IMG/VR virus record: IMGVR_UViG_3300033067_002032
Span: 1-40,907 of that record
Length of the DNA stretch: 40,907 nucleotides
Reading direction: 5' to 3' (one strand)
Source: a virus
Lineage: Duplodnaviria > Caudoviricetes
Below the pieces are notes generated by a model. It did no database searches. It had not been told where the DNA came from and saw only the letters and a list, made by a program, of their open reading frames with translations. Both the position numbers and the translations under genes were made by a program. This document shows, piece after piece, positions 8,721-16,726 of this stretch; positions within the stretch are counted from its first letter, which is position 1, and every line of letters begins with the position of its first letter.

Positions 8721-9092
8721 ATGAACAAGTCAGAACGGGCGCGAGAGAAGGAAGAGGCGCAAGCGTTTCTCCGCCTTCATCTCCCCCACGGTTCGACGGT
8801 TTACACGGTGCTACGCGCAGTTTCTCGGTCAGGCATGAGCCGCAAAATCTCCCTTTATACGGTGGATAAGGACGGGCGGCTATGGGATATCGGGAACTAC
8901 GTAGCGAAAGCATTAGATTCTAAGCCTGTAGAGTTCATGGGTTCATGGGTTCTCGTAGCGGGTGGGTGCGGAATGGACATGGGTTATCATCTTGTCTCGT
9001 CTCTCGCTCATGCTCTCTTTGGCTACATTTCGCCGGACGACAAGAGCAAGCCTTATACGAATTGCTACGGCTTAACGCATCATTGGGCTTAA
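8721..9092 (+). CDS. Conserved phage early hypothetical protein
   Basis: VSRSGMSRKI and GCGMDMGYHLV motifs, recalled from other phage hypothetical proteins. Confidence 0.8.
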   Translation: MNKSERAREKEEAQAFLRLHLPHGSTVYTVLRAVSRSGMSRKISLYTVDKDGRLWDIGNYVAKALDSKPVEFMGSWVLVAGGCGMDMGYHLVSSLAHALFGYISPDDKSKPYTNCYGLTHHWA

Positions 9093-9093
9093 T

Positions 9094-9267
9094 ATGAAAA
9101 TACAAGATCATTTTCTTGCGGTTGACCTGGACGAACAGACTAAAACGATCCGGCATTATGGTGTCATTACGGTCAACAATGCTTGCATAGAGTCTCCACG
9201 TTTCCACGATAAAAAGAATGCGGAAAAGTGGTTAGAGATTCAATGCGAGGCTTATCGAAAAGCATAA
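9094..9267 (+). CDS. Small hypothetical protein (57 aa, MKIQDHFLAVDLDEQ...)
   Basis: Hand-translated; TAAT-ATG coupling. Confidence 0.65.
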   Translation: MKIQDHFLAVDLDEQTKTIRHYGVITVNNACIESPRFHDKKNAEKWLEIQCEAYRKA

Positions 9268-9276
9268 CATTACATT

Positions 9277-9843
9277 ATGAAATCTTTCTCATTTGAAGAG
9301 TTATCGGAAACGGCACAACAGAACGCGATTAATCTTTACTACGCGGATTCGGATTATCAAGAGTTTATAGAGGAAGTGCGGAAAGAAAACGCCGACGAGT
9401 GTCCTATGGTGGACGATTGGGCGCGAGAAAAGAATATCCGGTTCGATAAGGACGGGCAACGCCGCGCCGACCTTGTAAGCATGAAAACGCCTAGCGGACA
9501 CGTCATTAATTATAAGATCGTGCAGGAAACGGCATACCACGAGGCGACGCCGGAAAGGGTTGTGCTTTTGCTTGAGCAGTCACGACAAAACAAAACCCGC
9601 TTAAAAATCACTTACGGCGATTTGAAAACGGGGAGAGTGTGGGACGACAAACCTTTCTTTTGTCACGTTGGACGCTCTACCGGACGGATTAAGATCCCCC
9701 TTGCGATCAAGACGGCACGAAGTACGGGCGGGGAGGGGTTGCTAGATGATTGCATTGTAAAGATCGAATACACGAGGAAGACAAGAAACGGCGGACTTCC
9801 ACTCTGGGACGTAACGGGACGCGGCTATGAGCAAGAAAAATAA
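9277..9843 (+). CDS. Conserved phage hypothetical protein
   Basis: GRSTGRIKIPL...STGGEGLLDDCIVKI motif; N-terminal FEELSETAQQNAI. Confidence 0.8.
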   Translation: MKSFSFEELSETAQQNAINLYYADSDYQEFIEEVRKENADECPMVDDWAREKNIRFDKDGQRRADLVSMKTPSGHVINYKIVQETAYHEATPERVVLLLEQSRQNKTRLKITYGDLKTGRVWDDKPFFCHVGRSTGRIKIPLAIKTARSTGGEGLLDDCIVKIEYTRKTRNGGLPLWDVTGRGYEQEK

Positions 9844-9976
9844 AGAATGCTCCCACTCGTGGACGTGCGAGGCATCGACCTGGTGCCTTTCGCACGTCCA
9901 CACGTGCCGCCTATGTGGTGCGCGTGAAATGCCGGGGGCGCGGACGGTCTGGAACTGGAACGCTAAACATAAATAA
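9827..9976 (+). CDS. Small putative zinc-finger protein (49 aa, MSKKNKECSHSWTC...HTCRLCGA)
   Basis: Hand-translated; CxH...CxxC; T-ATG start. Confidence 0.6.
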   Translation: MSKKNKECSHSWTCEASTWCLSHVHTCRLCGAREMPGARTVWNWNAKHK

Positions 9977-9982
9977 ATCTAT

Positions 9983-10156
9983 ATGACTTTCTACGTGCAA
10001 GATTTTCGTTTCCCTTACCTTGGTTATGAGAAGATAGAAGCAAGCTCCCCCGTTATGGCAAAGATTGAATATTGCACGCGGCGCGGAATGGTTCCGCTTC
10101 TCAATGCGGATCAACTGATTGTGAATGAACTTTGTCCCGACGACGTAGCTTTTTAA
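9983..10156 (+). CDS. Small hypothetical protein (57 aa, MTFYVQDFRFPYLGYEKIEA...)
   Basis: Hand-translated; T-ATG start; fills the gap. Confidence 0.6.
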   Translation: MTFYVQDFRFPYLGYEKIEASSPVMAKIEYCTRRGMVPLLNADQLIVNELCPDDVAF

Positions 10157-10167
10157 CCTTGTATCTT

Positions 10168-10389
10168 ATGACTACTCAAGAAAAAATAGCGGTGCTTAGG
10201 AGAATGCAAGATAAGTTTAAGGGCGACGAGAGCGCGAACGAAATACTTGACGAGGCATTATACTATCTCACGAGTCGAGCGGAAGATTTTGACGGCTACG
10301 ACATTGACGACTTGCTGGAAGAGGCTCGCGAGGCATGCGTCAATGCGCTTGATTCTGCCCTGGAAGAGTTGCGCGAGGGATTATCTTAA
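10168..10389 (+). CDS. Acidic hypothetical protein
   Basis: ORF track; start refined to T-ATG. Confidence 0.7.
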   Translation: MTTQEKIAVLRRMQDKFKGDESANEILDEALYYLTSRAEDFDGYDIDDLLEEAREACVNALDSALEELREGLS

Positions 10390-10393
10390 AGCC

Positions 10394-10445
10394 GTGCGCC
10401 TGATTCATTCGGGCGCATCCTTTACCGCTTCACTCTAAGGAGCGG
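10394..10445 (+). other. Two-hairpin intergenic RNA element, copy 2
   Basis: GTGCGCCTGA/TCGGGCGCAT and CCGCTTC/GGAGCGG hairpins. Confidence 0.6.
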
Positions 10446-10467
10446 ACAGAACTTGCTGAAAACTTCT

Positions 10468-11079
10468 ATGCCTGAAGAGAAGCCGCAGACGCTTGACGAT
10501 ATTCTCGACGCGCGTCCGGCGATCGAACAAGAATACAAACGTATGCGGCCGCGCGAGTGGCTTGCAATCTTTCCCGAAGCGGAAAAGTCTTTCATCAAGC
10601 CGAAGATACGGGAACTCAATCACGCGATCCGTGACAAAGAAGACGAGATTCTACGGCTGGAAGATAACGCGGTGCGTGTGCGTGAAGATAGATGGTTCCT
10701 GTTCGCGTGCATTGACGCATGGGAGCGGCCGGAGCTGGAAGAGCTGAAGCGTAGGCGTAAGAAACTGATAGCGCATCTTCCCGATTTGCACACCTCACTG
10801 GGAGGGGCAAAGCGTGGACTATCGCCCGACGATATCGCGCGGGCTAAGGCGCATCCTGTCCTGGCCTTCTCTGAACTCTACATAGCTGGACTGAAGCGGG
10901 CGGGCAAACAGTGGCGGGGCTTGTGTCCCTTCCATAACGAGAAATCCCCTAGCTTCTATCTGAACTTAGACAAGAACACCTATCATTGTTTCGGGTGCGA
11001 AGCGCACGGCGACACAATCGCCCTGGCTATGCACATTCTTAATCTGAACTTTTATTCTGCTGTAAGATTTTTACTATGA
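10468..11079 (+). CDS. CHC2 zinc-finger (DnaG-type zinc-binding domain) protein lacking a TOPRIM domain
   Basis: GLCPFHNEKSPSF...YHCFGC...GDTI at the C-terminus; coiled-coil N-terminus. Confidence 0.88.
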   Translation: MPEEKPQTLDDILDARPAIEQEYKRMRPREWLAIFPEAEKSFIKPKIRELNHAIRDKEDEILRLEDNAVRVREDRWFLFACIDAWERPELEELKRRRKKLIAHLPDLHTSLGGAKRGLSPDDIARAKAHPVLAFSELYIAGLKRAGKQWRGLCPFHNEKSPSFYLNLDKNTYHCFGCEAHGDTIALAMHILNLNFYSAVRFLL

Positions 11080-11360
11080 CCAGTATCGAAATGACAAAGG
11101 AAAGATACGACGACGCGCTCTTGTTCGGCTTCATCCAAGGGCAATCTCAAGGCACATTGAAGGCGTTGGAAATATTGCACGAGGTATACCAAAACCATAA
11201 GGACGTATCCGGGCGCGAGGTGTTGGGAGGGTTGCGCGACATTGCCCAAGCCCTCTATGAGCGGAGAAAAGTTGAAGGAAAAAAACTTTCGACAAGCGAG
11301 AAAATCTTGGAGAAAGAGTTGAAGGATATTCTTAAACACATGGGCGGCAAGCAGTCATAA
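11076..11360 (+). CDS. Hypothetical protein
   Basis: ORF track; ATGA overlap. Confidence 0.7.
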   Translation: MTSIEMTKERYDDALLFGFIQGQSQGTLKALEILHEVYQNHKDVSGREVLGGLRDIAQALYERRKVEGKKLSTSEKILEKELKDILKHMGGKQS

Positions 11361-11367
11361 CTCTCCT

Positions 11368-12717
11368 ATGGAACCTAAGCTAATGCCCCACCAACAGGAG
11401 GGCGTGGACTTCATCATTGAAAAACAGCACGGAGTATTAGCTTTTGATCCGGGCTGTGGCAAAACATTGACGGCATTGACCGCTCTTAAAAAGCTGGGTT
11501 GCAAACGGAATCTGATTGTTGCGCCCGTCTCCATCCTCTCGGTTTGGAAAGATGAGATTGAGAAATGGTATCCGGGTACGCCTATCACGATCCTGAAGGC
11601 GGCCAAGCCTAAGCGTGACGAGATATGGACAGCGTTCAAGGAGAAGAGCGCGACGGGTTGGATCGTGGTGTCCTATGAGACCTTGCGTCTGGACTTTAAG
11701 GGGATGCGTGACATTGAGTGGCATTCGATCGTGCTCGATGAGAGCTACAAAATCCAAAGCCCGACGGCGAAGGTGACGAAATCAATCCTTGCGCTCAAGG
11801 CCGTGGTCAAGATAGCTCTGAACGGCACGCTCATTTCAAACGGGTATCAAGACTTGTGGGCGCAATGCCATTTCGTTTCTCCCGGCTGTCTCTATTCGAA
11901 CTTCTACCAGTTCCGCGCGATGCACGCGATCATGCACCCGCACTTCCCGGCGATCAAGGAATGGCGGAACGTGGACGACATCAAGAAGCGGGCGTGGCCG
12001 CACATCCTGTTCAAGAAAAAGGAGGAGGTTCTTAAAGACCTGCCGCCTATGACGGAGCAGACAATCTCGTTCGACCTTTCTCCCCAAGAGAAGAAAGCCT
12101 ATCGGCAAATCAAGGAAGAGCTTGCGCTTACGTTGCTCGACGGCGAAGACATGGCGATACCGAACATCTTGGTTCAGCTCATGCGCTTACGTCAGGTTAC
12201 GAACGGCCTCTTTACCTTCACTCTAGGGGACTCGACATCAAGCAAGCTGGACGCGCTGGAAGAATTGCTGTACTCGATCCCACCGGATAAGAAGGTAATC
12301 ATCTTCTCCTCTTTTAAGGAGACGATCAACGAGGCGGTCAAGCGTATGCCGGACGCGTCGAAGTATGCCATCACGGGCGAGACCCCTTCGAGCGATCGGG
12401 AAGAGATCGTGAAGAACTATCGGGAATCGGATAAACCAAGAACGCTTTTGTTCGGCACGGATGCAATGGCCTATGGGTTGAACCTTCAGTGTGCAAGCTA
12501 CGTCATCAACCTCGATTTGCCTTGGTCGTATGCGAAATACGAGCAGCGGATCGGACGCGCTTGGCGTCAGGGGCAAACGCAACCCGTAACCGTTTACAAT
12601 ATGGAGGCGACGGCTACCGTGGACGGACACGTTGCAAAGATTCTCGCTCGCAAAGTCAAGACCGCCAACAATTTTAGTGCGGTCACAATGCAGGATATTA
12701 CAGACATTCTCTCTTAA
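11368..12717 (+). CDS. SNF2-family (SF2) helicase/translocase
   Basis: DPGCGKT, LDESY, LNGTLISN, GLNLQ, EQRIGRAWRQGQ. Confidence 0.92.
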   Translation: MEPKLMPHQQEGVDFIIEKQHGVLAFDPGCGKTLTALTALKKLGCKRNLIVAPVSILSVWKDEIEKWYPGTPITILKAAKPKRDEIWTAFKEKSATGWIVVSYETLRLDFKGMRDIEWHSIVLDESYKIQSPTAKVTKSILALKAVVKIALNGTLISNGYQDLWAQCHFVSPGCLYSNFYQFRAMHAIMHPHFPAIKEWRNVDDIKKRAWPHILFKKKEEVLKDLPPMTEQTISFDLSPQEKKAYRQIKEELALTLLDGEDMAIPNILVQLMRLRQVTNGLFTFTLGDSTSSKLDALEELLYSIPPDKKVIIFSSFKETINEAVKRMPDASKYAITGETPSSDREEIVKNYRESDKPRTLLFGTDAMAYGLNLQCASYVINLDLPWSYAKYEQRIGRAWRQGQTQPVTVYNMEATATVDGHVAKILARKVKTANNFSAVTMQDITDILS

Positions 12718-12723
12718 CCTTCT

Positions 12724-13017
12724 ATGAAACAGAACATTCAACCCCTTGGAGACCGCTTGATTATCAAGGCAATCCCGAAAGAAGCAGGCTCGCTCATCCT
12801 TGCGGGCAAAGAGGAAGACGCATGGAAATACGAGGAGTATCAAGAGGTCGTGGCAGTCGGCACGGGACGGACGGAGAATGGCATCCACATTCCTATTCCT
12901 CTTGCCGTCGGTGATCTTGTCCTCTGTCCGATTCCAAACCGCCCTTACAAACTGAAGGACGAAGATGCGCTCTACTTCATCGTGAATTTGCACGAGGTAT
13001 ACGCGGTGAAGAAATGA
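12724..13017 (+). CDS. groES: GroES/Cpn10-like co-chaperonin
   Basis: [15 protein letters not shown] mobile loop, [14 protein letters not shown]. Confidence 0.85.
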   Translation: MKQNIQPLGDRLIIKAIPKEAGSLILAGKEEDAWKYEEYQEVVAVGTGRTENGIHIPIPLAVGDLVLCPIPNRPYKLKDEDALYFIVNLHEVYAVKK

Positions 13018-13018
13018 T

Positions 13019-14014
13019 ATGCCTACCGCTGCTATAACCTACAACAGGTTGAAGCAATATTATCGTTTGAAGAGTGAACTCGTAGAGATGTTTCAACGTG
13101 ATCCAATGGAGGAGGAACTGAATGATGCGATTCATGCCGACCCTATACTTGGCCCAACATTGGATGCACGCGATTTCGAAAGTTTCGAAATAGATGATGA
13201 GGAAGATGAACAGGTTGAACTTCGTTTTCGTATGGGTGTAAGCAATATGAATCTTATTAACGCTCGTAAAGCGAAAGGCTTTGACCAAAAGCAAGTCGCT
13301 GATTTACTCGGTTTATCGCCTCAATCTTACGGGCCGTTTGAGACGTGCAGAAATTATCCGAATGAGGAGGTAATGAAAAAGATAACCTCTTTACTTGGTA
13401 AAAGTCGGGAACATCTCTTTCCAAAATGGCTGAATCTTTTCACTGAAAAGTGGAAGAAGATGGAGAAAGAAAAGACGGTCTTCTTGCGTGCAGAGTCTCT
13501 CTCTTCTCCTGAAGTAGCTGGTCTGCTTTCAGCACCCTCTTCAATGCAGGAAGGTATAGATAATGAAATCTTGCGAGCAAAACTCCTACCAATCTTGAAA
13601 GATTTGAATGATCGAGAGCAAAAGATTTTGAGTATGCGTTACGGTTTGGAAGATGGAAAAAGTTACACTCTTGAAGAAGTAGCCAAAGAGTTTGATGTAA
13701 CTCGCAATCGCATATTACAGATCGAATGGATGGCTCTTGAAAAAATCAAACAGCACCCAGAGATTAAATCGTTGGATGCGTTTCGTGACAACGCCTACGA
13801 TGGAGTGATGATGACAGATGACAAAAGAGAAATTGATTCCATGTCCTATGAAGATATGTTAAGGCGACACCGGACAGCTCCGTCAGGTCATCGTTTCTTC
13901 GTCTCGAACACGGAGGTGGCTGACTATTTCTCTAATCGAATGAGCCTATTGCGTTCCGAAATAGGTGAGATCGAGCACGTACGTATATCTAAAAAAATTG
14001 GATGGGGATACTAG
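13019..14014 (+). CDS. XRE-type HTH / sigma70 region 4 fusion protein with an extra C-terminal domain
   Basis: [19 protein letters not shown]...YP (XRE); [41 protein letters not shown] (sigma 4); no region 2 recognisable. Confidence 0.85.
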   Translation: MPTAAITYNRLKQYYRLKSELVEMFQRDPMEEELNDAIHADPILGPTLDARDFESFEIDDEEDEQVELRFRMGVSNMNLINARKAKGFDQKQVADLLGLSPQSYGPFETCRNYPNEEVMKKITSLLGKSREHLFPKWLNLFTEKWKKMEKEKTVFLRAESLSSPEVAGLLSAPSSMQEGIDNEILRAKLLPILKDLNDREQKILSMRYGLEDGKSYTLEEVAKEFDVTRNRILQIEWMALEKIKQHPEIKSLDAFRDNAYDGVMMTDDKREIDSMSYEDMLRRHRTAPSGHRFFVSNTEVADYFSNRMSLLRSEIGEIEHVRISKKIGWGY

Positions 14015-14015
14015 T

Positions 14016-14165
14016 ATGAAAAAAATCTGGTGTGAACTCTGCGGCAAGGTTCCCTATACGGAGGAAGACCCTCATCTGGGAGCTGACCCGAAGCAGGGAC
14101 TGTGGGCGGATATCGTGTGCCCTAAATGTCATTTGGTCTTAGCAACTATCTCTTGGGAACAATAA
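14016..14165 (+). CDS. Small zinc-ribbon protein
   Basis: CELC...CPKC. Confidence 0.65.
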   Translation: MKKIWCELCGKVPYTEEDPHLGADPKQGLWADIVCPKCHLVLATISWEQ

Positions 14166-14167
14166 TT

Positions 14168-14353
14168 ATGCACCTCACTCTACTTATTCTTTCAATCGTC
14201 ATTCGTTTGGCTGGCTCGCTCTTGATTGGGTTTTATTCCGCGCGGCTCGGCCATCGCTGGGGAATCCCAACATGGCAAAGCCTGATCGCTTGTCTGTTCC
14301 TCTGTATCGTTTGGAATGTTTTGTTGGTCTGTCTAACTCACGCTTATCTATAA
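14168..14353 (+). CDS. Small membrane protein (2 TM)
   Basis: Two hydrophobic stretches; T-ATG start. Confidence 0.6.
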   Translation: MHLTLLILSIVIRLAGSLLIGFYSARLGHRWGIPTWQSLIACLFLCIVWNVLLVCLTHAYL

Positions 14354-14357
14354 ATGT

Positions 14358-14531
14358 ATGGGAGAAATTGCTGACGCTATGTTGTCCGGGGAATTGTGCG
14401 AGGCTTGCGGAGGATCGCTTGGCACGACGGATGAATGCAACTGTTCGGATTTGGGAATACCAATGTACTGCTCAATCTCTTGCGCCAAGGATCGCGGCGC
14501 GGGCAAAGAGCAAGTCTGTAACCACGAGTAA
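14358..14531 (+). CDS. Cys-rich small phage protein (MGEIADAMLSGELCEACG...)
   Basis: Hand-translated, 57 aa; the MGEIADxML-G-LCExCG N-terminus is recalled from other phage small proteins. Confidence 0.7.
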   Translation: MGEIADAMLSGELCEACGGSLGTTDECNCSDLGIPMYCSISCAKDRGAGKEQVCNHE

Positions 14532-14532
14532 T

Positions 14533-14703
14533 ATACCCTCCATCAAAGTTCCATTTGAGGAGAGCGAACGAAAATCTCCAAGTCAGAAGCGTATGTTCCG
14601 CAATGCCGCCATTGCACATGAGCTGTACCATAATCAGAACATGAAGCAGGGCAAGATTGCCGAGCAGATAAACTTCTCCGCACCTTGTGGACGGCAAGCG
14701 TGA
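14533..14703 (+). CDS. Small hypothetical protein, possibly with an ATA start
   Basis: TAA-T-ATA context mirrors the TAA-T-ATG coupling used elsewhere in this genome; an in-frame ATG lies further downstream. Confidence 0.4.
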   Translation: MPSIKVPFEESERKSPSQKRMFRNAAIAHELYHNQNMKQGKIAEQINFSAPCGRQA

Positions 14704-14855
14704 GCGGCCCGGACATCGTTCATTTCTGGTCTGTCCCACGGAAGGGTTGGCTTGCCAGACGGTTCAGGGTGAAGGATCATTATGGGTACACCAAGGACGG
14801 CAAGAAATATCAGCTTACTCCTAACGGATGGACTATATGCTCACCCTCCTCATAA
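14700..14855 (+). CDS. Small hypothetical protein (MSGPDIVHFWSVPRKG...)
   Basis: GTGA overlap with the previous stop; hand-translated. Confidence 0.45.
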   Translation: MSGPDIVHFWSVPRKGWLARRFRVKDHYGYTKDGKKYQLTPNGWTICSPSS

Positions 14856-14998
14856 AGCTGACGGATACGCACAGTTGCCCGCACCGCCCAGCGTGGCAAG
14901 AGATGAAGGTTCAATCGCGTATCCGCCTGGCATTGCTGGTCGCCTTCGACCTGTTCGTCTGGACGTTCGGTCTCATCAACCTATTAAAACTCCTATGA
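14837..14998 (+). CDS. Small membrane-anchored protein (53 aa)
   Basis: T-ATG start; C-terminal hydrophobic helix; ATGA overlap with the next gene. Confidence 0.55.
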   Translation: MLTLLIKLTDTHSCPHRPAWQEMKVQSRIRLALLVAFDLFVWTFGLINLLKLL

Positions 14999-15186
14999 AA
15001 TGGTTCAACAAAGTGAAGCATGATGTATCCACATGTTTATGCACACGCTGTGGAAAAGCCAAGCAAGAGCGTGCGTATGAGCAGGCCGTAACCGATCTCT
15101 TATTCAACGCTGACGCCGCGCGGATCAACCCAATGGTGCGCGACATGCGGCGCGAGGCGCTAGTCCAGTGGCAACCAACCGTATGA
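14995..15186 (+). CDS. Hypothetical protein (CLCTRC)
   Basis: 3' part of track ORF 14782-15186; start refined. Confidence 0.6.
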   Translation: MKWFNKVKHDVSTCLCTRCGKAKQERAYEQAVTDLLFNADAARINPMVRDMRREALVQWQPTV

Positions 15187-15407
15187 CAAACAGCTTGCTC
15201 GCAGCGATCGACGCGAAGTTTTCTTCGTCTGCTAATTGCAGTATCGGACGGGCGAAGCGGGCTATCGCTTGCGGAGAAATCATTTACAAGGACGATACGG
15301 CTGAAGCAGATCATCCCGGCTCCGTATTCTCCATCATCCGGCTCTTGCTCGAACACATCGAGGATCAGGATAAGAAGATCGAGAAGCTGTTCAACCTTCT
15401 TCCGTGA
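15183..15407 (+). CDS. Hypothetical protein
   Basis: ATGA overlap; T-ATG start. Confidence 0.6.
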   Translation: MTNSLLAAIDAKFSSSANCSIGRAKRAIACGEIIYKDDTAEADHPGSVFSIIRLLLEHIEDQDKKIEKLFNLLP

Positions 15408-15420
15408 TAGAATGCGGGGC

Positions 15421-15750
15421 ATGAAAGAAAGCTCCATCGTGAAAAAGATAAAAGAGGTGATGCTTAGTATAGGCGCGACTTGCCACAAGATGCACGGCTC
15501 AGTCTACATGGAGGCAGGCACAGCCGATCTCTTAGGCACCCTTCCAGGAGGGAGAGCCTTCTACTTCGAGGTGAAAGTGCCGGGTAAGAAGCCGACGCCT
15601 TGGCAAGAAAAATGGTTAGCCGAAGAAGCAAAACGGGGTGCACTCGTAGGGGTTGTTGATTCTTTGGAATCATTATACAATCTTATACATCCATATGGCA
15701 TATCTCCTGACCGCAAAAAAGATTCGAGTTTTGCTGGACGAGCTAGATAA
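15421..15750 (+). CDS. VRR-NUC domain nuclease (PD-(D/E)xK, Holliday junction resolvase-like)
   Basis: MKESSI, AGTADL, FEVKVPGKKPTPWQ. Confidence 0.88.
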   Translation: MKESSIVKKIKEVMLSIGATCHKMHGSVYMEAGTADLLGTLPGGRAFYFEVKVPGKKPTPWQEKWLAEEAKRGALVGVVDSLESLYNLIHPYGISPDRKKDSSFAGRAR

Positions 15751-16159
15751 AGCTCGATTCCTAAGGGAAGTGCAGCGATCCGTTTGGATAAGTAAGCGTG
15801 GCTATCCCTCATTCACCTTTAGGGGTAAGAACCGTACGTTGCATAGATTCATTCTTGGCGTAGGGGATAGTTCGATCATTGTAGACCATGCGAATAAGAA
15901 CCCGCTCGATAATCGTCGAGAGAATCTGAGAGTTGTAACGAAGGCGCAGAATGCTTGGAACGCTAAGCCTCATAGAGATAGTGTGTACGGGGCGATTGGG
16001 CTTCAGCCAATGAAGAATCGTCCTGGTAAGTGGCGAGCTACCATAATGACGAACGGAAAACTAAAACATCTTGGAGTCTTTAACTCAAAGCTGGCAGCTA
16101 TCCGAGCTAGAAAGAAGGCTGAACGTGAGCGATGGGAAGATATCCACATTTCCCATTGA
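15695..16159 (+). CDS. HNH endonuclease with a C-terminal AP2 domain (homing endonuclease-like)
   Basis: LHRFIL...VDHANKNPLDNRRENLR; KWRATI...KHLGVF...AIRAR. Confidence 0.92.
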   Translation: MAYLLTAKKIRVLLDELDKARFLREVQRSVWISKRGYPSFTFRGKNRTLHRFILGVGDSSIIVDHANKNPLDNRRENLRVVTKAQNAWNAKPHRDSVYGAIGLQPMKNRPGKWRATIMTNGKLKHLGVFNSKLAAIRARKKAERERWEDIHISH

Positions 16160-16184
16160 CACTGTTACATCATCGCTGTATACT
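16140..16184 (+). promoter_or_regulatory. Near-consensus sigma70 promoter with an upstream DnaA-box-like motif
   Basis: ATATCCACA 16140-48; TTGACA 16156-61, N17, TATACT 16179-84. Confidence 0.8.
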
Positions 16185-16196
16185 ATGAGTGCAGAT

Positions 16197-16352
16197 ATGG
16201 AATCCAAACCTTTTCAGCGCGAAGAGGTGGTGAAAATCAAGGTGATGATCTGCCAGAAGTGCGGACACGAATGGACTCCGGCAAAGAATAAGTTTCCGCG
16301 CCGCTGTCCCCATTGTTTCCGCTTCGACTGGACTGAGCCTCGTAAGAAATAA
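16197..16352 (+). CDS. Small zinc-ribbon protein, possibly regulatory
   Basis: CQKCGHEW...PRRCPHC; first gene after the promoter. Confidence 0.75.
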   Translation: MESKPFQREEVVKIKVMICQKCGHEWTPAKNKFPRRCPHCFRFDWTEPRKK

Positions 16353-16355
16353 CGT

Positions 16356-16640
16356 ATGCGCCTTCACTTCCCGTGGCAGGAGGATGATCTGCTCGGTGAG
16401 AAGATCATGTGGGACACGAGGGAAGAGCGTGCGCGTGAGAGGGATGAACAGGAACGAAAAGAAAAAGAGCTGGCTGACCAGCGGGAACTCGACAAGATAT
16501 TTAATTCACCCTCCCCTGCCAAGCTCATCTCCATTCCTCAGCCCACGCATTACGATGAACAATACTGGATTGATAATAAAGAATATATTATCCATCAGAT
16601 CGAACTTGATATCCGCCGCCGCAACCGGGGGCAACGCTAG
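16356..16640 (+). CDS. Hypothetical protein
   Basis: ORF track; T-ATG start. Confidence 0.65.
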   Translation: MRLHFPWQEDDLLGEKIMWDTREERARERDEQERKEKELADQRELDKIFNSPSPAKLISIPQPTHYDEQYWIDNKEYIIHQIELDIRRRNRGQR

Positions 16641-16726
16641 CCCCCACCATCGAGAGCCTGTCCCTAAAGGACTCCCTTCTCGACCTTCAAGACTCATTCA
16701 TTCACACCTTTATACGGATCATCTAT

